Below, one piece after another: positions 49,961 through 61,289 of a stretch of DNA of 64,000 nucleotides. The stretch's first letter is position 1, and each line of letters opens with the position of its first letter. A program made the translations under genes and the position numbers. The notes under the pieces were generated by a model, which searched no databases, had not been told where the DNA came from, and saw nothing but the letters and a program-made list of their open reading frames with translations. Location of the stretch: positions 25,916,001 through 25,980,000 of the forward strand of contig CM060733.1 in the NCBI GenBank assembly GCA_030704615.1. The letters are read 5' to 3'. The stretch comes from Takakia lepidozioides. Taxonomy: Eukaryota > Plantae > Bryophyta.

Positions 49961-50648
49961 GAGAATTCCAAAAAGGCCTTGATGTGAAATGCATCGCAAT
50001 TTAGTTGATCACCCACTAAAAGTGCGCAATTCAATTGAATTGTAATATATAACTATTAACTTATTTGTCTACATAATATATATGTATGTGTATCTTCAAA
50101 TCTATATGTATATACATATGAAGGCAGAAGTTGAAAACACATGTTGCGAACACTTCTTGATGCCTGTCTATCGTTTTTGCCCGTGGCAAGGCTTGAGACT
50201 CGAGAGTGCCCACGAAGCCTGAGCGAGAGGAAATCGTGGAGTCGTGAAGCCCAAGCCTGAGCGAGAGAGACCGAGAAAGCAAGTCACGAAACCCAAGCTT
50301 AAGAGAGAGAGAAAGTCATGAAGCACTTGGAGAGGTGTCCTAAATGAGGTGGGATGATCATATCAGTTGGAGGAGGAGAAGTAGTGGGAGAACACTGCTG
50401 CTCACTCTCGAGTCTCAAGCCTTGCCACGGGCAAACAATAGATGGGCAACAAGAAGTGTTGGCAACATGTGTTTTCAACTCGTGCTTTAATACATGTATA
50501 TGTAGAGATTTAAATACATATGTACATATACATTATATACACAGATAAGTTAATAATCATATATTACAATTCAATTGAATTGTGCACTTTTAGTGGGTGA
50601 TCAACTAGATTGTGATGCATTTCACATCAAGGCCTTTTTGGAATTCCC
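49961..50648. mobile_element. Foldback/MITE with ~245-bp inverted arms, TA-flanked
   Basis: 49961-50208 is the imperfect reverse complement of 50403-50648, with a TA dinucleotide on both sides. Confidence 0.85.
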
Positions 50649-52520
50649 TAACCATGATAGACTCAGACCTAGTTGGATTCTATGGCGGGGCAGTCCTGAC
50701 TCGCGCACACCTTTGACTCCTGGGTCGTCCGCGCTCCCAACCTTTGTTCCCGTCCGCTCCTCTTTGGCATTCCTATACTGGTTGTCTCACGGTCGCTGCC
50801 AAGCTGTTGGCGGGAAGCAACGACTCGCTCCCAAACACAGCCATGGTCACGTTGACTCAATTTGAGGGGCAGGTTCGGGGTTCCAAATGAGATACGGTGC
50901 CCGCCCTTTATGGGATATAGGGTTCGGGGGCGAGGGTGTGGACGTTGTCCGCCCAGTTCGAATCTGTATCTCACCCGATTCCGTTGGCAGGCTGGGTTCA
51001 GTCTAGGGTGTGGATGCTCTTAGGCCCCGAGTCTCCAGAAGCCCCCCGTCCGAGGGCCTCACCTTGCCTAAAGAAAACAGCAAGGATTTTGCATTTTGAT
51101 GGTTGTGATTTCTTTGATCAGACTGCTCACAAGAGAAGAAACCTTATGCGACATAAGGTGCGAGAGAAGGAACCTTAGGCAGCGTAATGTGCCATCCTCA
51201 CCTGGCATCCCGCCCGTAAGGTGTCATCCTCTCTAACTAAGAAATCGTGGCTGGGTCTTTACACTATTGCTACTCGAATAATACATATTATTTGCAAACA
51301 AGCAAATGTCTTGAACAATAGGTCATAGGTTTTATGTTTGTAGTTATTTTCTCTGTAGAAACTTTAAGAAACGTTAAAGAAACTTTATCTTTATCTTTAG
51401 TTCTAAAGAAAAATATTAGACTCCTACCCAAACATACATATTCAGGCTACTTTTGTCTCTTGGAAAGGTGGAGGCTTCTCAACAAAAGCAACCATGAGCC
51501 CACCACATTAGGTCACTACATAGACCTCTCATGTCTCATCCAATATGCACCTATGTTGTATTGAACAATAATCTTACAAGGTTATTTTTTTTGTCTATGC
51601 CTTTTCTCGGAACAAAATCCATTTCAAGTGCGTTTTCCTTTGTAATCTAGTCAGGGATTAGGGATTCCTGGACACATTTCCCAAGTGGATATCGGAATAG
51701 ATTGAGGTACACGGTGTGGAATGTGAATGTTCACTTGATCCTGCGGCTGAGATGGATTACACATTGGAACCGCTTGGCCACTGGGGATTCCCACTATGGA
51801 ATTTTCCTGGAGCCTTCCAGGCTGGTTCCACATGGTCCCTTTTCCAGAACAACCCTCTACAAAACCAACAAGTGGGCCATCCCCACTTGGACAGAGGGCC
51901 CCCCTAGGAACATTTATCATCAAGGAGCTGGATTATCTTTTTTTTCTTAAAAAAATTTAAAGAAAAAGGGGTAGTAGCCCTGATAGTTTTTTTTTGTTTT
52001 TTTGTTTTTTTGGAGAACAGGGAACATGCCCTGGTTTAATAAAATTATTGAAGGGAAAAAAATAGTTTTTATTGTAAAATTTTTGGGGAAATTTTTATTT
52101 TGAAGAGTTTATTTATTCAAAGCCATATATTTAAATCAGAATAAGTAGGTAGTAGGTAGTAGGTAGTAGGCACCTAGGATGATGGGCGAATGATTCCAGG
52201 TGGCAGCAATAAAGGACCACGTGCAAGATCCAATCAAAAGGCCGGGCATTCTGTCGGGAGGATGGCACACAACTCTGTCGCGCATTCCGAGACACGAATA
52301 TCGTCCGTAATCGCTGGAATATATTCGCTCTGCTGGCCACACACAAACAGCGCACTAGTGAACTTACCCACTTACTAGTCGCAAGTTACTTTTACCGTAA
52401 CGAAGGGTAGAGTGCGCACGTAGGCATTGGGAGTCGTCGCCGTCACGATCGATCGTCTTCCTCGTTGTTAGCTCTCTACCTTTTCCCAGATTACTGTAGC
52501 AATGGCGGGGCGGCCGTGGG

Positions 52521-55500
52521 ATGCTTGGCTTTATGGGATTTGAACACCCAACCCGGGGCATGGAGTGGAGAGGATTCGGGTTGGATTCATCGGGAAAGAG
52601 GAGTTTGATTTCAGGTTTGAAGTGAAGTTACTGGGGGATCAAATGGCGGTGCAAGAGTAAATAGTTGCTGTGTCTAGTTGTTGGTTCTTCCTCGGTGCTG
52701 GATCCGACCGCCAGCCCGGGATCTGAGAGCTCGGCATCAGATGGCGCCCCACGCATTGCCTCTGCCATTTCTGCAACCACACTGCCTTCTTGGGCCTCTT
52801 CTGGAACCGGGAATTCTTAGGACGGTCTTGGGAGGCCTTCGGGGTCAGGAGTGGCTGCTGTAATAGTTGTGATCTGCATTTTAGTGGAAATTTGCAGGGC
52901 GCCTGAGTGGAGGCTTGCCGAAGACCATGGTGAGTTGGTGATTGATTTGTGCGGCATAAATCTGGTTTGTCCGTTGTATTTTGCACTTTTTGAAGTGGAA
53001 ATTTCTAACTACATGGAGGTGCGAGGATGAAAATGATGCTTGGTCTTTGTTGCTGCGGAGATTTCGCTTGAGAACCCTAGGTGCTTGAAGATTCAATCTG
53101 GACGAGGCACTCAATGTATGAAGAGTTGTAGATTTCAGTGCAGATCTTGCCTTATATGCGTATGAGTCGATCTATCTCCGCATCTGAACTTGATTATTTC
53201 TGGTGGTGGCACTGATGATGTATTGTTTGCTGGATCCAGGGGGAGGAATCCATTACAGCTAACGGAACACTGGGGCGCATCAATTCCTCTTTCTCAGGAC
53301 AGTTTCCGGGACCACGGTCTTTGCACACAGCCACTGTTGTTGGAAAGAGAATTGTAGGCGGGCAAACCTTCTGCAAATGCTTTCTTGTTTTTCAAAACTT
53401 GTTTTGAGACTAGCATGCCTTTCGACAGCTCTTCTTTTGTATTTCCTGTTACTTGTTACCATGAGGGATTTTGTCCCATGGGCCAATTGTGACTCCGGCA
53501 TCTGTTTCTTTATGGAGGCTATTTTTTCCATTGGCCTGGCAGTTTGTGTTTGGTGGCTATGGAGACAACGGAGCATTGAACGATGTATACATCATGGACA
53601 CTGCCTTAGAGAGATGGTGAGTCCAAAGAGGGATGGCTGGGGGGTCTAGGGTTTAGGGACAAGGGATCTTGAGTAATTCAAATGCCACCTTTGTGTAATG
53701 AGTTCTTTCAGCTTTGCTTTGAGACTATGCATATCATCAGGTTTGAAGGATGAAATGTGCTCTTCCTGAGGTGCAATCGGTACCAAACAAGGCAATTTGC
53801 CAGTTCTTGAACTTTTCTTGAGATATTAGAAGGGAGAGGGAATATCCTTCGTGGTCCTTACCGCAGATGTACCCTTTTGAGCAAAGGTACAGTTTTCCAT
53901 GGCTGATGCGGTCAGTAAGCACGTCGCTCCATCTTAAGGGAGTGATTATCTTGTTTTTGTAGGACCAAGCCAAAGGTGCTAGGGACTCCTCCTTCACCCC
54001 GCTGTGCTCATTCAGCCGTGCTGCTTGAGGGTGGACGTATTCTCATCTATGGAGGTTATGGCACCACAGCTGAGGGTGACATCTGGTTCCTTGAAGTGAG
54101 CCTTTCTTGTTACCTGTGCATTTCTAGAATGTATCGACAATTCATAGACCTGGCTTTGATGTCATGGCTTGCAAAGGCCATATCTTTACCTCCTAATTTT
54201 AGCAAGAGTCTAATTTAGCCAAAGTATTGTTGTTGACTGATACTATGACAGGTGGACACTCCATTTGTCAAAGCACAAACGAAGTTCTTAAAGATGGAAG
54301 TGGTGGCCTGGAGCCAGGGGGTGTTAGGGGATGCCCCGCTGCCAGTTGTTATATGTGGCCCCTCAGGTGTTGGGAAAGGAACACTCATTGGACAGTTGAT
54401 GAAAGATTTCCCAGGAAGATTTGGGTTTTCGGTCAGCCATACGACACGAAGTCCAAGGGAGAAGGAACAGGATGGACTTCACTACCATTTCACCAAGCGT
54501 CACATTATGGAGAAGCAAATCAAGGAGGGAAAGTTCCTGGAATCGGCAGATGTTCATGGGAACTTGTATGGAACAAGCTTGGCAGCTGTGGAGGCTGTGA
54601 GTAATGCTGGCAAGGTGATTTACCTCTCCTTGTTCTCATCCTCAAGGTTCTTATTTGGTGGCGTGATTCAACTACTGTGGGACATGTCAGTTGGCTAGTA
54701 CACGGGTTGAGTCGTATAGTCGACGATTCTTTGGTCAATACCTATATGGCAATTGTCTGTACAGCCTAACAGACATTGCTGATCTTTGCAATTTTGTGGC
54801 TCAGTTTATCAAATTAAGAGTTTCCCTAATTCTGCTAACAAACAGTGTGGGTGAAATCCAGAGGTGTATATTGGACATTGATGTGCAAGGGGCCCAGTCT
54901 GTGAAAAGGAGCCCTCTGAATGCTATGTTCATATTTATGAAGCCCCCATATCCTGAGGAGGAAGAGCTCGAAAAGCGTTTGCGTGGAAGGTGTGGACCTG
55001 GACACTGAGGACTTCAACTTTACTTCCTCTCATTCTATATGCACGAGGTGATGCATCTTGGTTTTGGTCACTGCTGGTTGTTGTGTGCATCCATCTAATA
55101 TAGGATGTTTATGGCACAGGGGCACAGAAACGGAGGAGCAAATACAAAAGCGATTGAAGAATGCAAAATTAGAGCTTGAGCGGGGGAAGGACACCACCCT
55201 TTTTGACCATATACTGGTCAATGCAGATCTGGATGAAAGTTATGAGAAGCTGAAGGTACGGTCAAATGTTGCATTCTACTTGGATTCATCAAGAAAGTCC
55301 GGAATAAAGTTTAGGGTGTTCCACTCGTAAGAATCTGCTTCAATATACATGGCCTCAGAGCAGTAAGAAAGTGCAGACAATGCAGGATGGCAGTAGAGGG
55401 CAATTCATATGTTAGGGTGGATAATCTCACCACTGGACATAGCAACATTCATCTGTTTCTTCTTACTTCGATCCAAGTGCAAATATCGGTCAACTGACCA

Positions 55501-56695
55501 TTGCCATTACTTTCTAGGGACAATGCTGGTGTTGATCAGACTAAATGTACAGAGCAACTGCAGGCCTGTAGGTTGATGGTATTTCATTTATCTGACCAAA
55601 TATTTTGGTATCTTGCAGATGTTGCTAGGTGTGAACAATGTACCTGCATCTGCCGAAGGCAATGACCGTGTCAAACACTGTATGGATTTTTACCTTAAGA
55701 TCTCAGAAGTGCACTCATTAAGCTCTCCATAGCCCATACCCATCACTTGTATTGATCTTGGACATACTTCATGAGTACATTGATGATCGATTAGCTTGGG
55801 GAAATATTCTTCTATTTGTCAAGGTAGTCTCCTGAGATTTGGAATGATCTGTCAGCTTGCTGCATCTAACACTAGCACAGTCTGATTGGTCACAATGACA
55901 CTAGATCCAGTGACTCAAATGTATGTCTTTCACTGAAACTCATAGTGTGGGTCTGCTATCTGTCTGGGCAATGTGCACAGCTGTGCTTGAGCCTGAAGCT
56001 AGGTCTGGCCATTCTGCTTCAACCTTGGGATCCAAGGTGTTCATCTGTGGAGGTGTCACTGCCACCACCAGCTTGAGTGCTCTTAATGATGTGTAAGCTA
56101 CATCACTCGGCCTTTCCAGTCAATTTCTAAATTTGTCTGTAAACCAGGCCCTTGCGTTGTCCCTTGCTCTCTGCGCAGTAGCGGCTCTGGCAAATTTCTG
56201 ATTTGTACATTCTCTGCCCAGTAGAACAAGGACACACTTTCTCTACTTCTGCCACATTCAAGTGAGGTCCTTGGCTATGGCTGCAAGACCTGCAACAGTC
56301 ATTGAGTATATTAAGTGTTTTTAGAAACAAGAGAGTTGTCTGTAACCTGTACATGTTGTCCACAGGTAGATTTCCCATGAAAGACTTCTTTTCTTGTTTG
56401 ATTTCACAAGCTCCGACTTCATGTTTATTTTGTTTTATTGCAATGCAGAGCCATTCTGGATGTGTCCAACCTTTCCGGAGGCGCTCCAGGCTGCACAAGA
56501 GGATTGGAATGGACATTCACCAATTGGAAGTCTAATGGGGTCATCAATGGCACCAAGCAGTCGGCTCCATTCCCTCTCAGCTACAACCACAGAGTTGTTT
56601 CTCTAATCTCCTCAGATGTCTTGGTTGCAGGGGCTTTTGATGGCAAGCAAGCTGTTAATCATGCCAAAATTTTGAAGGTGGACGGGTCAAGCTAA
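52521..56695 (+). CDS. GK: Cytosolic guanylate kinase with kelch repeats on both sides; ~10 exons (52521/52560-52614, 53298-53353, 53543-53616, 53963-54095, 54252-54614, 54862-54989, 55120-55255, 55619-55679, 55981-~56091, ~56449-56695)
   Basis: P-loop [58 protein letters not shown]; kelch motifs PRSLHTA..FVFGG, PRCAHSA..IYGG, ARSGHSA..FICGG; GT-AG phases join in frame. Confidence 0.92.
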
Positions 56696-58283
56696 CAGGC
56701 TGTTCCTTGCTAGTTTCAGCTCAGTTTGGGTTTGAGGGAAGTAGCACAAGTGGATGTTCATTTGAAATGTCGCTTGAGGGAAGTACCATATTTGTCGAGA
56801 AAACAATTTGATTTAAGGCAGCCAAACAGCTGCTGGGCAAAAGAATAAAAGGGTCGATATACATGCAAGGGACTGATGTTAATTCAGTCCCTAAGCCTGT
56901 GTTCCCTGCACAATACCACTTCATGGTGCAATATGTTTGCACTTGAAGTTTCTTCTGGTTGTACCAATTATACAATTGTCCATGTCTGTGCCACTGTTGG
57001 CTCTGTGAATGTTGGTGAGGAGAGATTGTATCAATTTGGCAATGTGTTCTGTGCCTGAAGGTGGGGACACCAAGCTCTGAGTTAATAACAAAAATGCAGT
57101 TCTAGTGTTTCACTAGATTAGAGACTGCTCTCTCTCCAGAGTCTTCTCATATGTTTCGTCTCATGACCTTGCTGATTTCGGTGTAGTGGGTCCTGATCTC
57201 ACCTACAGGTTTCCAACCAGAGTACCAGGTCTCTTTCTGGCTTGCTGTAGGATCCCTGCAAGTGACCTGGGTATGAGTTCTTCATCTTCACACTCTTCAA
57301 AGAGAGTGAAAGTTGTGGCCTGCCAATGTAACATTTGCTCGGCAATGGGCCTTTAGAAATTGCAGATTCCAATCAGAACACGACGGAAGTTACTTCTCTC
57401 TTTGCTCCTTCCGCATGGTCTTGAATGCCTAATTTTGTTCTTGGCAGTCTTCTCTCAACTCTTTTACAGCTGGAGGGCCTCCTGTTCAATACTCGTCTCC
57501 TCATCGCAATGGCAATTTGTGCGAGAGTGGTGGCCTCCACTTCATCAAATTTGGCATTTTGGAGAGTTGATGAAATGAAAGGCTAGATGGGAGGAGGGCG
57601 ACAAACAACGGCAAAGCCTACAAATCAACAAAGCAGACATCATCAGAATGCAATGAACAGCAATACACAATACACATGTGCTCACAACCATTTTGAATGA
57701 GTAGTTGTTCAGCATGAAGCTAGGCAAAGCCCATGTGGTGAGTGAGAGCATGTTGGAGATCAATTTGCGATTTGCATCTTCACAAAGCTTGGGCATCTTC
57801 ACAATACCAAGCTTTGTGAATGTAAGCAAATACCTACGCCCGCACACACCACACATGAGCGTTTTTTCCTACAGAATCTGCCACCTCACGAAACGCTCAT
57901 GGGCACATCCTATCGTACATCTCTGTTTGCATTGATGAAGCTTGGTATTGTGAAGATACAAGTCGCCAAGTTTGTGGGTTGTTGCCAAACCATTTGATCT
58001 CCAAAATCTCTCATGTTACATGAGCTTTGCCCAACTTCATGGTGAGCAACCACTCATTCATAATGCTTGTGACCATATATTGCTCAAGCTCTAATAACAT
58101 TTGTCATCAGGAAACGAGCCATTGAGAGGGAGACTGGGCTCTTAAACGAGTTGTTGAGAGAAGACAGCCCAGAGGGAGGAAAGTAAAGAAAATGAAAAAG
58201 TTCAAGACCATGCTGAAAGAACAAGAACTTATTTGAAAGAGGATGTAGTAAAGATTTACGTAGCAAATTCTACTATGTATCAT

Positions 58284-58341
58284 TGAAGCGGGCCCAAAAC
58301 GAAACCTTTCCGTGTCCACTTTTCGTTTTGGGCCCGCTTCA
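58284..58341. repeat. Perfect 21-bp inverted repeat with a 16-nt loop
   Basis: TGAAGCGGGCCCAAAACGAAA ... TTTCGTTTTGGGCCCGCTTCA. Confidence 0.9.
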
Positions 58342-58445
58342 CTCTTGTGTTAAAGGTGACAACAACCATTGTGGCCCTCACCGATTCAATTGCGTTCTTC
58401 GTATATTAAGTTCCACTGTTTTCTACTTTCCTCAATCAACAATGT

Positions 58446-58571
58446 TACATGCAATTTCAGATTAGTAATCTTCTTCGGCCAACGAAGATGCTTTGAAAAT
58501 GCAACAAATACATGCAATTTCAGATTTGTAATCTTCTTCGGCCAACGAAGATGCTCTGATAATGCAACAAA
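58446..58571. repeat. Tandem duplication, 2 x 63 bp
   Basis: TACATGCAATTTCAGATT.GTAATCTTCTTCGGCCAACGAAGATGCT..GA.AATGCAACAAA starts at 58446 and again at 58509. Confidence 0.9.
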
Positions 58572-58942
58572 CACAAATTTATGGTTTCTTGTACTTGTGA
58601 GAGCATCTATCTACTTTCCAAAACAAGCAGGCCTCTAGAAAATCTGAACCACCGCTATTTGCGCGAGTAACTTATAACCCTGTTTTCATGGGGACATTAT
58701 GTGCAATTACATAGTTGGGATGACAGTCTGGTGTGAAAATTCTAAGCTCTCAAGTTCAACCGGTGCCAATAAGAATCTTACTGTGGGCCTGCATCGCAGC
58801 TTCTTGGACAGTTTGATTCTTACCACCCATGATTGAAAGACTCACAGCTTCATTCCCTCTTTTGTCAATGTGAGTGCATAACTGTGGACCCTATACATGG
58901 GTACAACAGTCTTTACAAAAACGAGTGTCCAACTGCTGGGCG

Positions 58943-61289
58943 TTAGTTACTTTGCCTGGCACACTGTTGTAGGTACTGAAGAGCAGGGTCGTAGAAGCCT
59001 GCCATGGTCTTGTATCTTGAAATGGAGTCAGGCAGTGCTTCCAAGGCCTTCACTAACTCTGCTGCCAACTTGGGCCGAGACTCAAACACAGAAAGTGGTT
59101 TTATGTATGTGCGAATTGTAAACAGAATTGCCCCAGTCCTGCACCAAAACAAAATCATTTCAACTTTTTCAGTTTGCATTGCGCATGCAAGAGAGTAGAG
59201 CAAGCAGTTCAGGGTACATTAGGGATCTCGACGCAATGTGATCATTGAAAGTGACTCACCTTGGAAGGCGAGTCAAAGTCTCACGTTCACATCGTGTGAA
59301 GAGCCGCATGCCAGCATTTCCAATATCAATGGGGTCGTTGGAGGCCTTCAGCTGGCCTGCCATAGCTGCATATATATCCTCCTGGTCGAGCACACATAGT
59401 GGCGCATTATTATCAACAGCAAGACTTGCACACTAATAATCCCCTTGCCATCATCTTCCCCACCTCTAGGGAGTCATACGAAGTCTGAAGAGTAAAGTTA
59501 CAGTTCTTAATTAGCATGTACACACACAAACATTGAATGGCAGCATTGAACCCACCTCGTTGAGGGGCTGGAAGAGGGTAGGGTCGTCCACAATGGCCCA
59601 GTTCGACCGCCAGACTGGTTTGCCTACTTTCAGGCGCCGCATAAAGGCATCAACTGGGCCTGAAATTTCTACGTCATACAACGGCACTGGCAAATGGATG
59701 GTTTTCATATCCATACCAAGCTTCTCCAGAAGGTGCCATCTCTGTGGAAATAACACTGCTCCTGACACAAACCTCACTACGCCATCTACCTCCATTATCA
59801 GGCATAAGTCCTCCTGCACACGCCACCAATACTTAAACTGGCACTGTTTTGCCATGCAAGTGCTCATTAGGCAACGACTTTCTTGAAGTTAAATTAAATA
59901 ACCAGTATTTTGCCTACCTGGACAAGGCGAGCAGAGATCTCGAGTGGGTCAAGTGACCTGTCCAAGATGTTGAAGGTCTCTCCCGTGGAAAGATTCTGGA
60001 AAGAGGCTCCATTTCGTGCAAAACGGGTAGGAAATCGCCTGGGCAAAAAATCGGTTAACAGCTCCAAAAGTTCGCAGTTCGCATCCATGGCCTCCGGATG
60101 GCTTGCCACTGCCAAAGATTTTCTGGTTGCCAGGATTTCTCGACGCAGAGCCATCTCTTCATCATAGAACACATCTATCTCTATCCATTCATCTGGATCC
60201 AAAGGTTGCAGCCCCATTACCATTTTGTACGGAGCTTTCAAAGGCAGATATTCATAAGTTCCTGCAGGTACATCCACATGAGCTCATGTTGTTATGCTGC
60301 ATTATACACTATTACTACCACATTACTATCAGCATGATCCACTTGTCATTTTTCCAGTACAGGGTCCGAAAAAAGTTGTTGCTGCATCATGTGTCAACTA
60401 TAATTTCTCCAAATTAATAACAGGTCTACTCAGTGAGAAAATCTTCGGCCTCTACTTTGGGGTAGGGTAAGTAATTACCAGGGCCAAGATTCGGAGCGTC
60501 TGGGGATGAAGAAGGGGCTGGGGCATAGGGTGTGACCGGGAGTGGCGATCGTGCTGGGGCGAATGCCTCAGTGACATCTGCTGCAGATGAGTGCTTTCCT
60601 TCCTTGACAATGTTCCCTTGAAATCCAAAGGGGCACCTGGCCCTCACTGCTCTACACCAGCTCCTGGAAACCTGTTGATCAGGTAACGAATAATTATCAT
60701 GATGAGCGCTTGCCGCAAAGAGAGATAGACTTTTGATTAGTGTCAATATCTGCATCTGACCAGCTCAGCAGTCCCGTGTCAAACACACTTGAGGGCCTGA
60801 CCTTAAAGTCCATGACTTAAAAGTTTTCAGGTTATAGGTACAGTCAAGACTCACTTGGCTCTGTGTAGAAACCCTGAGAAAACCAGCTGCTTGGAAGTCA
60901 TCAGGTAGTGAACTATATCCAGGTTCCAAATTGTGAGGTCTCTTGCACCGAGCTGCTTCGGCTGATTGCATCTGCCAAATACCCACACTGATAAGGGTAC
61001 TGTTGGGCTTTCTCCTGACACATCTCTGAGAGAACTTTGACAAGCCTTTTGGCGATTTTGTATTCAACCCTCCCCATGAAAAAAATCAACAAATAGCCGG
61101 GCATCCACTAGTGAACCTGCTTGTGCGTGCTTATGTAAACATCACTCTCCATCCTTCACCACATGTCCATTCCCCTGTTTAATTGTGCATCAACATGTCT
61201 AACAAAGTACTCGGATGGATTCTAACAGGTCGACAATGAAACCAGGCAGTACTTACAAAGGCAGCTGCAGGCCGCTGAAGCAAAGCCAT
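58943..61289 (-). CDS. DUF3445 / heme-dependent oxidative N-demethylase alpha-subunit-like protein with an N-terminal extension; ~7 exons
   Basis: PYKMVMGLQPLDPDEWIEID...LLTDFLPRRFP...ARLVQ|EDLCL...GAVLFPQRW.L.EKLG...IH.PVP...VWRSNW...RCERETLTRLPR|TGAILFTIRTYIKPL; GT-AG junctions in phase; putative ATG at 61289. Confidence 0.85.
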
